NCBI GenBank assembly: GCA_030141605.1
Contig: JAQGDQ010000273.1
Span: 247,135-311,134 of the forward strand
Length of the DNA: 64,000 nucleotides
Reading direction: 5' to 3'
DNA from: Tubiluchus corallicola
Taxonomy: Eukaryota > Animalia > Priapulida
Within the stretch, counting starts at the first letter, position 1. Each line of letters starts with the position of its first letter. Both the position numbers and the translations under genes were made by a program. The notes beneath the pieces are model-generated. The model did not search any database, was not told where the DNA came from, and was given only the letters and a program-made list of their open reading frames with translations. This document shows, in pieces, positions 1 to 13,800 of the stretch.

Positions 1-1606
1 AACAAAAAATGATAGTGTAATCAGGACATCACAAGCTATGTAAGAAAAGGAACAAGCTAATTTACTAAATTTGAAATTGTGCTCTTAAAGTGAAAAAAAA
101 CATAAGATAAACGCTGCTGGTTGTAAAACATTTCAGAATTATTTTATGAAAACAAAACTGTATACCTGATCGGTATGAAGCCAACATCATCAGTTGCAAT
201 ACATAATTTATAAGTAACCTATATGTGAGCACCCGAGTAATTTTTTGAAAGACAGCATGCGGTAATGGCTCTGGTTTATTCCCTATAATAATTTGCTGAG
301 TCCACATATAAGGAGTGCTATCAGTAAGTCAGCCTCTGTTGTTTCTGGATGTGTGTCAATTAACTTTAAGTCCGGATCTAAAAAGTTCAGGACGGGTAGA
401 GTATTTTCTGCCTAGCGTAGACGGGGGCTAACGACATATTCCGCGACGACTTAATTAACACACATAGTTAGTGGACGTAAATGAGATTTGTTACGTTCCT
501 TGATGCCTTAACGCATGAAGGGCAAATCACGCTTTGAATTTGAAGGGCATACAACAAGCGTTGCCTACCATTACATGCAGCAAAGACAGATAGCATTTGA
601 CAAACCTGCAACTTATATTCTGCTTAAACAATGCACAGAGATGTTATTTTGCTTACCAATCCGTTAAAATTCGGTCTAGTATGGATACACATACACACAG
701 CCACACCAGCCAAACGACAGGGGGAATTTCATACTTTGTGGACATAGCATTCGCGCTTGATAATAGGCAACCAAATCCGTTAAGTTAATTTGTGAAGAAT
801 TGTAACTGATGATGGCCGCTTGCCTTAATGCAGAAATTCTTAGGAATAACAGAAAACGTTAGAATTCTTCTAAAAATTTAAATGAACTAAACAGATAAAA
901 AATCTGAAAGCATAAATGATGCAGAAAACGCAGCTCAGCCTGATAATATGTGCACAGGAGTAAATTTCAACTTGTTAGTGACGTCTTATCTTAAAGATAT
1001 TGCAGCAAACTACTAAAATACTCAGCCAGTTTGTTCAAGTAGTGTGTACGAGCCGAGAAAATTGCAACAAAAATTGTTTGATTTTTATTTCTACAGGGCT
1101 TAAGCAATATACTGTTCAGTAAGATGCACTCACGGTCAGCATATAAGCGCACGAAAGCAATACTATATTACAAAAGTGTAAACTTTACACCAGATAGGGA
1201 CTCGAATTCAAGACCTGCTTTTCGGGTAGCTAGCTATGCTAATCAATTAAATGCTAGGGTTTTAAAGTAATTTAAATCATAGATTACACAGTTTCTCTGA
1301 TTTACCTTCTCTGTGGGTCTTATTCGGGGACATAAAATTTTGTATATTCAACTGTATGAACTTATAATCTGAATGAGTGGGTTATAAACAGTAACCTAAT
1401 TATGTCAGTATCAGATGCTCCCTGTAAGCCGTAAATCCAAGCAGTCAGTACACAACAACCAACTCTGCTCTATGCTATCTGCCGCCAAAGAGAGGGCAAA
1501 TGTTAGCTCGAACGAGTTTGCAAACTACAGCCGCGGCCAGAGAGGTCAACAAACACGAGAACCGGGCAATTTGTACTTAACAACTGGGACGAGGAAAGGA
1601 TACTTG

Positions 1607-2221
1607 TTCTCACGCATTTACATTAGTCCCTTGAGATATACAATTTAAACATGTGCGCAATCAAATGCATTAAGAGCGTTTTTTGCTTTCCCACAAAGTG
1701 AGACTTGAAAAACCTACTTCATTTTGTCAAACAAACCTCTAGTTTTAACAACATTCGGACTGGTAAACATATAGTCCCACACCTTTTGCATAGGATCATA
1801 TTTTTTGTAAGGATGATCTGGTGAAATTGGGACAAACTGGCAGACCTGAGAGAGAGCACAAAACAATAAAGTTCTTAGTATTTTCAAGACATCATATAAC
1901 TAAGAACACGAACTCGCCATTCTCACGCATTTACATTAGTCCCTTGAGATATACAATTTAAACATGTGCGCAATTAAATGCATTAAGAGCGTTTTTTGCT
2001 TTCCCACAAAGTGAGACTTGAAAAACCTACTTCATTTTGTCAAACAAACCTCTAGTTTTAACAACATTCGGACTGGTAAACATATAGTCCCACACCTTTT
2101 GCATAGGATCATATTTTTTGTAAGGATGATCTGGTGAAATTGGGACAAACTGGCAGACCGGAGAGAGAGCGCACAAAACAATACAGTTCTTAGTATTTTC
2201 AAGACATCATATAACTAAGAA
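1607..2221. repeat. Tandem direct duplication, ~313-bp unit, two copies (about 1607-1906 and 1920-2221)
   Basis: The block from ttctcacgcatttacattagtccc to catcatataactaagaa occurs twice with only a few differences. Confidence 0.9.
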
Positions 2222-4754
2222 ACTAACTAACTTCATATCGATCTCGCCATTCTCTGAGATTCATGCTTTTAGTCAAGGTTCAATAATGATTTTTTTAACT
2301 CAGTAAATCAATGAAACAGCTAGACTGAACAATTTACTTGTTGAACTAACACAAGTAACTAACACCCTGGTCGAGAAACAACTCCTCGTTTTATCTAAAA
2401 ATGCTAAGGCCAGCCAGACGGCGAGGACATGCCAGTCATAACGTGCAGAGTCACAGCTCTTGTAGCACATGCAGTACGGCATTACAGTAGGCAGACAACC
2501 TGATAAAAGGCCTAGAACTACCATTTCCAGAAATAGTTCAAAAATTGGTTGAATAGCTTACTCAAATCAATAAGTGTTGGTTCTATTTTTTCATGCAGGC
2601 ATACAGTCAGGACTCCATCGAGATTCCAAAAGACTAAACATCGAGCCGGATAAATCTAATCCATCAAAATCTTGCAGATAGCGAGAAAGTCATGTCGTAG
2701 AGAAAAGCAAGAGAAATTCGCATTTTAGGAATTGGGTTCCTCAAATCGAATTACTAACGTTTCGTTCATGATCAAATTAAACTTGCCTAGATCTGGCGAA
2801 TGTTTGGCCACATAAATCAAGACTGTGATAGCTAAACAGCAAGCAGCTATATAATATACGCACTTGAATGGACTTTTATTTCTAGAAGATAACATAGCAT
2901 GCCTTGCTTAATCTTTGCTCCAGGGTCATATCACCTGTATGAACACAACTTTGATAGGACGTGGGAGTACAAATAGCGACAAACTTCGCATGAATAACTA
3001 TTAAAGTACAACAAATCAATATTAAAGTAAACCAATACAGTATACAGTATCCCTGAACATTATTTAAGGTTAGAACATAAACTATAAAGCTCTCATTGCA
3101 CTGCACCACATCATTCCACGTAGTTTTTTTGGAGGTATAGAAAATACAAAACTGTGAGGTGTTATGACAAAAATTGAACGTTTGAATGTTAAATATTTCG
3201 TTGCAATAATTTAAGTCATTTTTAATTTATCGTAAATCATAACTTTTATTAAATTCAATGAAAATGTATCATACAAACAATAAAAAAAACAGCAGTTATA
3301 TACCACTATATATAAGTGCGCTTTTTAACATTTGGTCTTTCCCATACACTGCACAAAATTATGTGACTATTTTGGTGATCTAGTTAAATCTAACTTGAAA
3401 AATTGACTTGGCTAAAGACTGTTCACTGGATGGATACTGAACGACTGGACTTTTTCCTCCATAACTGCTTTTTCTATGGGCAAAAGTTAATGTACATAAG
3501 AATAGTTTTCAAAATTTCAGTACCTCATAATTATACACTCAGAGTAGGAGATTTCTAAACATTTCCTTACTCAGCGTACAAAGCTACTGCAAAACAATAA
3601 ACAATTATTAAAATGTTCTCACACGTATTAAAATTACTAAAAATTTAATAATGAAAATTTTTTTCTTGAATTGTCCTTTCACATATCACTAGGCAGACAT
3701 GTATAATAAAACATGCAATGCGTTTATTGCAGAGAAGTTCAGTACTCGGCTGCAACTGCAAGTAACAAGTTAGCCTGTTGGCTTGATGCCCGCGGGAAAT
3801 ATTTACAAAGTGGCTTTTTACTTAAAACAAACAACAATGTCTAGACGTGAAGGGGTTAATTTTAAAATCGCTTGAATGGCAGGTACGAGCAGCCTTTGTG
3901 TACCAGCGCAGCAGCGGACAAAATTCGAACGTAATAAATTCTACCTTGGACTTGGAAACATTTAGTAATTTAGAACAGTGTCCATGTCACACATTGCTAT
4001 TTAGTAATGTTTAAATTAAGCCTATTAAAAACTACTGAAACAAGCATATTTTAGCTAGCTGTTAGATATTTTACAATTACAAACAAGAGGAAAATTATTC
4101 ACTTCTTAACTCAAAATGTTAAAATAGGTTGGGCTGTCTAGACTAAGTAACGATGTACTAAAAAAATTAGTTATTATGACAGTAAATTCGTTTAGCAATA
4201 CCGATGATGTGACGAACAAGGATCGCGTAGCACTACCAGAGACTCCTTGGAAGTTAACATTTTGTCTGACTTTTCACGATGTATGCCCTATTCACTGAAG
4301 ACAAAAATGAAACAAGACACTCCCCAAGTATAGCTATTGTCGAAACCTGCTTTTATAGTGCTTTAAGTGCTAGCTAACGTTTAATTAAATTACTTTTACG
4401 TATGGATTTCGCACGGCGACCCAGAATAAAATGTACATACAAAAACAGCAGGTACACAACTATAACAGCATTGCGCGTGTTCTTATCTTATTGTTTTCAA
4501 AAGCTCGCAGTTTTTATACGTAATCAGCTCGTACAGCATTTTATAAATAAACTACATGTATAATGAATTTCGCAGTCACACTACACTGCCGTAAAAAGTT
4601 TTTATGAACAGCGGTACATTGTTTTTCGTGAAACAAAGGAAAAGATTGACCAAAATAGGGTTATTTTAGGATCAGTTTAAAAGTATCGTTCATAATTATG
4701 CGTGTACTACCCTCACATTACATTAAAACTAATTTTGAAAACTAAGAAACTTAC

Positions 4755-4904
4755 ATCAGCTCTGTCATCTGGCCTTTTTGCTAGATCCTGTGCTTCTATT
4801 TTGATATTTTCCTGTTCTTGAGATATAGCTAAGCGAGTACATAACAATAGGACTACAACCACAAAAAGCGACCGGCTAGAATGGAGCCATTCCCGTCCAT
4901 CCAT
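4755..4904 (-). CDS. Probable first coding exon of an unidentified secreted or membrane protein; the gene continues leftwards
   Basis: ATG at 4904 gives MDGREWLHSSRSLFVVVVLLLCTRLAISQEQENIKIEAQDLAKRPDDRAD (signal-peptide-like hydrophobic core), ending at a consensus GTAAGT donor in phase 0. A GC/CpG-richer patch lies just upstream at ~5080-5170. Downstream exons not confidently found. Confidence 0.55.
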
Positions 4905-6663
4905 TCTTCTTGTAGGAGGAACTTGCCAGTCCAACAGTAACTTTCTGAGTCTTTAATGCACGAAAAGTTGCAAAACTCAAACACCGTATATTACTTAGCA
5001 CTTCATGTGTAAATTTTAAATCACCACAACTGTATTACATCAGGCATTTGTAGAAAAATTAAGAAATTTGTTCCTTAACTCACAGACGCCAACCGCGCAC
5101 GTCAGACTCCGCTCTGCACCGCACTTGCATGCCCAGATAACTTTCGCGGCGAGTGGCGCTGTTATTTGCACTCCCTCTTCTCCACAAATTTTCACATTAA
5201 TATTAATGCCGCTAAGGCTACAAATACCCAACTAATATAATTGCAATATAGGCGCATATATTGGTTTGTGATCTAAATTAAGAAAAATATAAGTAATGTG
5301 CTTTATTTTGCTGTTATGTAAATTATCTCTGACATAAAAGCGGGGAGAAAGATCAATAACCTCCGTAGCTTTGCCTGTTTAGAGCTATATCGTTTACCGG
5401 TTAATTAAATACTGGCTTTTCATTAACAAGAGGAGATAGCACGTCTAGTAAGCCTAAGTGTTACAAATTGTAAAGACGGTTTCCGACATTATTTTTCATC
5501 AAATAAATAAATACGTATTCTTCGCATGTTACAAAGAGTATTAATATTTTGTACTGCTTATCAGTTTTAAATTAACCTTAAATATGTTTAACTGGTTGAA
5601 CTGTCTAATTAATGCACCATTTTTGCCCTAAATTTCACGGTATTTTGAAGTTTAATGAATATAGGTTTGCAGTGATGAAATCAAGTACATTTACAACAGT
5701 AATGGAGCGTGTGCATTGCAGTGTGCTAAATCACTATATATGTATTATCCTGGGTTACTATTATAAATTAATGGTTCTTGCTTAATTTTTATAGTTTAAA
5801 ATTAATAACGCAATACATGTATGTACGTACAGTCTTAGCTACTGTACAATCTTTGTTGTTTAACTTGCTTCTTTTGGTTTTTAATTTTTTATACACTTTA
5901 TTTTAATATTCAATTGAACTATCGTTCATAGACAAAGTTTTTCAGTTATAAAACTTGTTAAAAACTACTCTGTCTGTTACAACGTACTAGCTTTCTCTTG
6001 CATTGTTTGTGGAAAGTCGATCAAAAATCGCTTAAGTGTAAAACGTTTTCGATTACATAAATGTCACTTCAAAATGAATGCACTGTCAAGTGTTCTTCTC
6101 ACTAAGAATTAATGTGTTGTTGAAATGAACTGCTTAAAATGAAATAAATTTTGGGTGATTCCTTGTGACCATTTTCCATTGTCTTAACTTTTTCCTTTCC
6201 TTTACTCCGAGGTTCAAGCACAGGACTATAGTAATGCAACAGTCGCACAGTTTAGCTACAACCACAACTTTTCAGTTCCTAGTGACATCTATCGTTTATG
6301 TTTGCACGTAAATCATTCGCGGAATTTTATTCTTGTGTGAACCAGGAAAACATGGTGAGAGCATTTTCAAAAAATAATAATAATTTGCTTTCATTGATTT
6401 TCAAGCATGCCCCATCACCAAAAGTAAACAGGAGAAATTTCGTCATTTTTTTCAGATATTTACAAAATCACTACACTTTAGTACACAAACCCAGTACTGT
6501 GGCATAGCTTAATGCAAAATATCAAGCTGCCCCTGATCAAACAACAGTTCTTACTCACGGCCAAGAGCAATACACAGGTTCTCAAAACTGTGGGTACATA
6601 ATTACACACACAGAAAAAAACGCGACTTTCTTGGGTAGGGCAAGGTAGGCATTTTCCAAATTT

Positions 6664-7113
6664 GTGCAATACTAAAACATATACTAAAATATGGGCTGAA
6701 AGCAGCACCTCTAAAGAAGGCCGAAGAGAAGAAAATAGATGTGGTGGAGATGAGGATGTTGAGATGGATGGTGGGAATAACAAGAAGAGATAAAATTAGA
6801 AATGATAATATCAGAGGAACAGTGAAAGTAGTGGAAGCCTCGAAAAACATACAAGAGGCAAGATTGCGATGGTATGGACACCTGAAGAGTCAGTGAAGAT
6901 CATGTGGGAAAGGAGGTCATGGAAATGGAATTGCTGGGAAATAGAAGAGGACGACGACCCAAGCGGAGATGGTTTGAATGTATTAATGGAGACCTTACAG
7001 AGAAAAACATAAATGAAGAGATGGTGAACAACAGGAATGCGTGGAGAAGACTCATTCACAACGGCGACCCCGAATAGGGAAAAGCTGGGAAGAAGAAGTG
7101 CAATACTAAAACA
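6664..7113 (+). mobile_element. 5'-truncated RTE-clade LINE with target-site duplication
   Basis: Encodes KYGLKAAPLKKAEEKKIDVVEMRMLRWMVGITRRDKIRNDNIRGTVKVVEASKNIQEARLRWYGHL (typical RTE ORF C-terminus). Short (GAA)n tail. Flanked by the 16-bp direct repeat gtgcaatactaaaaca (6664-6679 and 7098-7113). Confidence 0.9.
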
Positions 7114-7830
7114 CTAAATAGCAAAATCAAACATAAGCAAAACTTATTTGAAAATAGAAACCAAAAGCTTTATTACAAAGCACTGTGCATTACATATTGA
7201 ATTTCTAATATTATTATAGTCTAAAATTCAGCACATTTTTTGCACCACTTGATATATGTGTAGAAGACAAGAGAATAATACGTCTCAAACTGTCAAAATA
7301 ATCTAATGAAAAAGCAAAACAACAGATGCCCATAAAATTCTTCAGACAAAGAACAGATAATAACGTATATTTATTTTATAGTAAAATACTTAACAAGTTT
7401 AATTACAAGTCTGATAACAAAATTTTGCAATGCTGCATTTAATGTTTAGTTCTGGTAAGCAAAGGCTTACCGGCAACGATTTTCGATGAATTGGTTTATT
7501 AACAATAATGCTGTTATATATGTAAATTAGCCCATAAGATAATTTAGTTGAAACTAATTTAAGATAAAGTACCAAATGCACCACGACCAACAACCAGCCT
7601 TTCAAATGAGTTTTTCACAATTTTTTTCAATGTAGACACAATATGAGACTACAAAACTTGGTCTTTGACATTTTTGAACAAATTTTTAACTTGCATTTAC
7701 AACAAGTAAATGTTCTATCACAGTAGGCCCACATCTGATAGTGTGGATTCCTAAGAATTTTCCATGCTACTAATAATAGTAAGAAATGCGAAAGACTAAC
7801 AGCAACTTTTTTTCGCAGAAATCCACGATG

Positions 7831-10800
7831 CTATTCCCCTTTCTCCTTACCATTATCACGAAAATGGAGAAAAACAAAAGCAAAAATGACGACACCCGCC
7901 ATCATCGAGAAGGCACTTGCATAATATGGATAAGCAGATGCTATAAATCTCTCATATTGTGTGTGCTTAAGTGGCAACACTGACACCTAGAAAAAATTAC
8001 TAATCTGTAATTTATTATTAAAAATGACTAATCTGTAATCTTATTAGTAAAACTGCCTGATAGCATTATATACTGTACCACAGCTGAGTTTTTTCAATTA
8101 CACATTTTGATTAGGCAAGTCATGCAGCACTCTAAATAAGCAAAAGCAGCATCAGAGAAATAGGGGGCTCATACCCGCAGACAGGATTGGAAAATGGAAA
8201 GCCCCTTCTTGCAAGTGCATCTCACTTTCTCAAGATGGGCAAAGCACTACATTAGTCACAAACCTTGACCAATATTAAACAAACAGCACTAAAGTGCACT
8301 TATGCAGAAACACTGGTAGAAATAGTACATGTGCATGATTATTGTTATTAGTGACAGACTATAACAGCACCTTTTGTTATATGTACACATCACAACAAAC
8401 ATACAAAAAACAAAATTTTTCATACTCTAACAAATATTAAATATGTACAAGTTCAGTAATAATTATTTTTACCACATCCACTTATATTACAAACTTAGTT
8501 TGACCTGACAACTAAAAACGAATGTAACACAATAAGATGGCAGTAATTAGAAACACAATACTTGCCTGAGTAGTGCTGAGTAGATGAGTATATCCGATTC
8601 TGTTGTAGTCAACCTTGAATTGATACACAGCATAGACATCTGGTAATTTGAACTGGGCAACATACTTTGAACCTGCAACAAAAAATATTGCTACACATGC
8701 CGTTAGTACAGTAAGAAAAGTACTAAAATTAACTGACATAGTAAGCCAAATAACACTAAAGACTGGCTTCCAGTTAGGAATTTTTTGCTCGGCAACAAAT
8801 CTGCATTCAGATACAAACGGTTCACAAGCTTAATAAAAACACTTTTTAAGTGATAATGCCAGCACACTTGCTAATTAGATTTTATATTGATTTTTTTAAT
8901 TTAAAGTATTAGGGCTTTTCTTTACGATGTTATATTACGATTTATTTTAGACTTTGTAAAATCTTTGGCTGTAAAGCGCAACTGAGTATTTTGATATATC
9001 TGGGGTGCTATATAAATGTTATGTACTGTTATTATTACACTCGTGAGAATCATGGAAAATTGGAAAAGTTGAACTGAGTTTAACTTTTGCAATCTCCCAA
9101 TTACTAAGCAATCTCCATAATTTTTTATCGAAACTATCATCTCAATTGTCCCCAGACTGTAGCAACCTTGGTATTTACCCAGTATTTTACTTCATTTTTG
9201 TACCAAATATAATTGTTTAGGCTCACAAATATCATGTCTTTCACCAAAAAAATTCTTGATTTCCCCAGAGCTTAAAATAAATGAAAATATTGCAAGTTGA
9301 CATGTCAGCAATAATAGTTACTTTGCAGTTCCAATTTGCCATGTTGATCTAAATTTTGCACTACTTGACACCCGCAACACGCATTATAGATAGCACAATT
9401 AGCAGTACTTCTCTGGTGAACTATTGTTAAGCAATTCCTTATTTAGTCATCGCCATTAATCACTGACTATGATAAAGAAACTCTATCATCGCAGTGTTTC
9501 TATCACGATCTGATGCTGGCTCCGTAAAACACCTATGAAATCATATATTCAACAACAAAGCTTAATGACTTATGAAATTGATCTATTCGATAACTAAGCT
9601 TAATGACTGCAAACTTCGAGTGCCTTCAAAATTAATCATTTAAGCAGAAAAAGTACTGATAAAGTACAAAGTTTATTAATTTCTATTATAATTAATTTAA
9701 TAAAGTTAGACTCCTCTTTTTCTTCCACTCTGTTCATCTATTGTAAAAAAGGAGCCTCTATCTTATATTAGACCACTCCATTGTTATCTAACCGAAGCTA
9801 AAGTTTTCAATGCCCGTAATCTTACCATTAAGTTTGATCTCAGCTGTTGTAGGTCTGTGTTAATTGTTCCGGAGACCTTTGGTTTGGCTGGAGATCATTT
9901 AGCAGGTTTTGGCACATCATCTAATGCTAAGTTAGACCATCTAATTAACTAATTAAATGCGACAATATTATTTCAATAGTTACCTTTGAATTTCATTGTA
10001 GTTCTTACAAATGGATCAATCCTGACCAATTCTAGTTGAACATCATCTGCTTTATATGGAACCCATTTGTCGCCTTCCAGAATATCAATTTCAATTGTGT
10101 AAACCTACAAATATTCAGATTAGCAAAGACCGAGTACCTCAACAGATTCAAGATGTAAAATTAGCAAAGATTTTAGTTGTAATACAATAAAGGCATTCCA
10201 CCATTACTTATGGGGATTAAGGCTATCCATCTACTATCAAAAATCAAATGAATCGAAATGGAATCTATGCTGGAATCAGTTCTCGTATCGATCAATTTGT
10301 GGCATACCATATTTGCCTAAAAAACTGTGGAAAATCTAAACGTTTCAAATTTTTTTAAGGCGTTTATAAAAAGCGACAAACTCGGCATGAAACAAAAATC
10401 GAACTTATGTGGTATATTATTTTTCTGATTAACTTATTTGATGAAACTGACACTTTTTTAAAACTGTTTGTAACTCGATTTGGAACATCGCATTTGAATG
10501 AGAATTTGAATCGAACATTTGTTGGAGTCTTATTACAGATACAGAAACTCACAAATGAATACCTTCTCTTTTTAGCTATTTAATTATATAAACCCCTGCA
10601 CTTTTTGCAAATATTATGTATTGCCTTTTAGTAATATTTTAATTAGTGACTTCTAATTACACTTTTGTGGTATCTATTATACCTTTATGTACTAAAGTAA
10701 ATGAAATGAACGCATGCACGCATGCGGCCGTAGACACAGTGAAGGAAACACAAGATGTTCAAAACATTCTTGATACAAACCACATCGTCTTTAATGGTGT

Positions 10801-13800
10801 ATGAAGCAAGTGTGTTCTGTTCACCCACTTTACGATGAGTTACAGCACCGACACGCAGTACGCCTTTCTCTTTAAACACCCATTGCGACAATGCAGTAAC
10901 TAGTTCCTGATTTCCCGATTTTAAGTATCTAACAAGAAAAAGTAAAATAAGAACATTAAGAACAAAATGACATCGCCAATGTTCAAACATCACAAGTCTG
11001 AATCTTTACCAGAATCAATACACTACATGTGGACTAACTGGAGTGGGCAACCTGGTATCAAATTAAGCTCAAGAAGCTTTTACACTTTTTCAAAAATGTT
11101 GCATCACTTTTGAAACCAACGGTTGTTGTTTTTGGTTGTAAACTAGTGAACACTATATAATCTGATAATCACACAAGCCCAACACACTTCCACTTTATAA
11201 TCTCCTACAACCAAAAAGAAATACGGAACACCTTAGATACAGGAAATGCATATTTGCTAGCCCTAAATTGAACACCAGACAAAAACAGCAGCTAATATTT
11301 TTCTAAATAGACGTACTTGCCATGTAGATTATCATTAATATTTTATCTTCAATTGGTTTCATTGCCTTTTCAAATTTATTTAATATTAAACACCTGAGAT
11401 GAACGGACATATGCAAAAAAGCTGCTGATTTCATGCGGCACAGATGCTACGGGTAAACTGCTAGTTTAACGAATCTTAACAGTGCAACCCTGTTACAAAT
11501 AAAATAAAATTAGTTCTTAATCTCCTTTTCAAAATGTCCATATTATCATAAAGAAGCCAGTTCTGAACAGTTACAGGCCATTACAAAAAGATTGACCATA
11601 CAGATATTAGTTACGGTACAGTTCCAGCGTACTTTTTCCCTGTTTGAGAATGATGTATGGAAGCAGCAAAAAAATCGTTGCTGAACATGTCCAGTGACCC
11701 GCAGAAGACGATTCTTGCATTGTTTCTCGCTTGAACAGCAGCAATTAGAAGTGTGTTCTTACCAACTGCATGTGGGTACTGAAACAATATGATTTTTTTA
11801 AAACAGACAATCTAAAACAATCAATATCAATACTAATAAAAATGTTTTTGGCCTCGAGATATCTCAATCCTTTTTTGGTTTTTTTGACAGGGTATAATTC
11901 ACTTCTTCTTTAATATATAGCAAATGCGTTTTAATAATATTTATACTAAATTTTACAGCAGAACGAAAAAGTATGCAATTCTACCATAATGCAAAAGAGA
12001 ACAATAAGCTAAACTTATTTTTTATTCAATTCGGAACACTGCAAAGTAGCATAAAGCATTCAACAATAGGTCCTATTCAAATACGACCTCTGCGGTGAGC
12101 CTGGAACCTAAGCCACTTAATGTCAAGGCCATGCCTCTCAAGATCTCCCACCCACTGAATTAGGCAGGAGTGTCTCAGCCAAATTTAGAGTGAGTAAATA
12201 CTACGAGGTAAACAGACAGAATCAATGTGAACAATGAAACCGCCCAGAGCAAAGCAAGTATTTAACTGGTTCATCTACCTGTTCATGGACCGGCCTAGGT
12301 GCCATTCTTAAGCTCGGTTTCCAACATACCTTCATGTAACTCACCTCAAACATAGAAATATTTGCCTCAAAAAAATCTTTTAACCTGTGGTATTTCAATC
12401 ATTTTAGGTCACTCTGTAGTATTTTGTTTGTGCTATCTTATATGTTTCTGATTGCTCAAGGAGGCAAAATACATGTTGCATTATTAATTTGTGATATGTT
12501 ATGGCAAACACTGATACTTCACAAGGTGAAAAAACTATATTTCAAAAATTTACGTGTGTCTTGGTTATTCATTACCTCTTCAACCGTTCAAATTATGTTT
12601 ATTGTAAAGTACATATTTCATACACTTTATGTACTTAGCACAACGTTATATACCATAAACACACATATAAATTTTGTTAGATACCTCGGTGACTAACTCA
12701 TCAGGATTGAATGAATATGCAGTAGAAGAAGCAGTAAGTATTTCCATCACCAAAGGATTTGATTCGTCTGACACCATACCAACACCGGAGAACAGGATAG
12801 GTACTTTTTTCGCATCAACTCCCACAATCGTCGGAGCATTGATAAGATTGGCAGTATTTGAGACAATCTTGGTGTGCTAGAATAGGCAAAACATTCAAAA
12901 GTACATTCACACTTGGTTAGAAGTTTCAAAACTCTAAACTTTAAATTTTTCAAAAAGTGGGAAGTCTACAAAAGAATTAATAAAAGAATTTGCTTGTTTG
13001 TATTTAGAATATTATTAATATTCGCAAAGACATCCCGTTTATACACTTGTATTCAACATGAAATTGAATGACAAGGCCCAAAAAACATTGTTTGGTTAGG
13101 GTAACCCAAACGACCATAATTTTATACCACAGAGCGTAAAAATTTTATTGACAGTACAACTCGAAAATTATTTTCCAAAAGAAAATACTACAGAAAGAAC
13201 AAAATTATTTAACAGCTTTTTTTGACAACTCTTATTATCAACTTTTCTAATATTGCAACTGAATATCCATAATACGACATAAGTTGTTTCACAGTCAGTG
13301 CTTACTACTGATAGCGGACTGCACATATTTTTCACACAAGTTGCAAAGAAAGCTGTACAAAACATATGAAACATATACCAAAGTTAAGTACAACATAGCA
13401 AATAAATGCACAAATTAAAAATGTATCATACCTTTCCCTCGTCACTTAAGTCATAGTTGAGGTGATCTATAACGGCAGTATTCTCTTCGTCTATCTCAAT
13501 TCCACATTCTATGGCCAGGTCACGGATGGCATCACCCACAGTAGAATCAACAGCAACAAGTACGCTTCCACCCTTATCAACAAAATCCGTGACTGATGAA
13601 ACACTGAGTGATCCGCCAAATTCTACAAAAGGCTAAATAATTATAATATCACGTAAGTTGGGATTTCCTAAACTGCTTTGAAGTTACATTTGTATGTAAA
13701 TGTGGAGCACAGTTTTGAAAAATATATATTCAAAATGCTTCCTTAGAACTAAGCCAGCACACATCATAACAGGTAGGGAACAATAGTCAAGTTACACATA

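Noticed and set aside
171-223. Possible second exon (VTYKLCIATDDVGFIPI) of the minus-strand gene starting at 4904
   Set aside because: Phase-compatible, but the acceptor is weak and there is no recognisable homology.
1195-1255. tRNA-like B-box sequence on the minus strand (similar at ~12090-12160)
   Set aside because: No cloverleaf can be built; at most a decayed SINE head.
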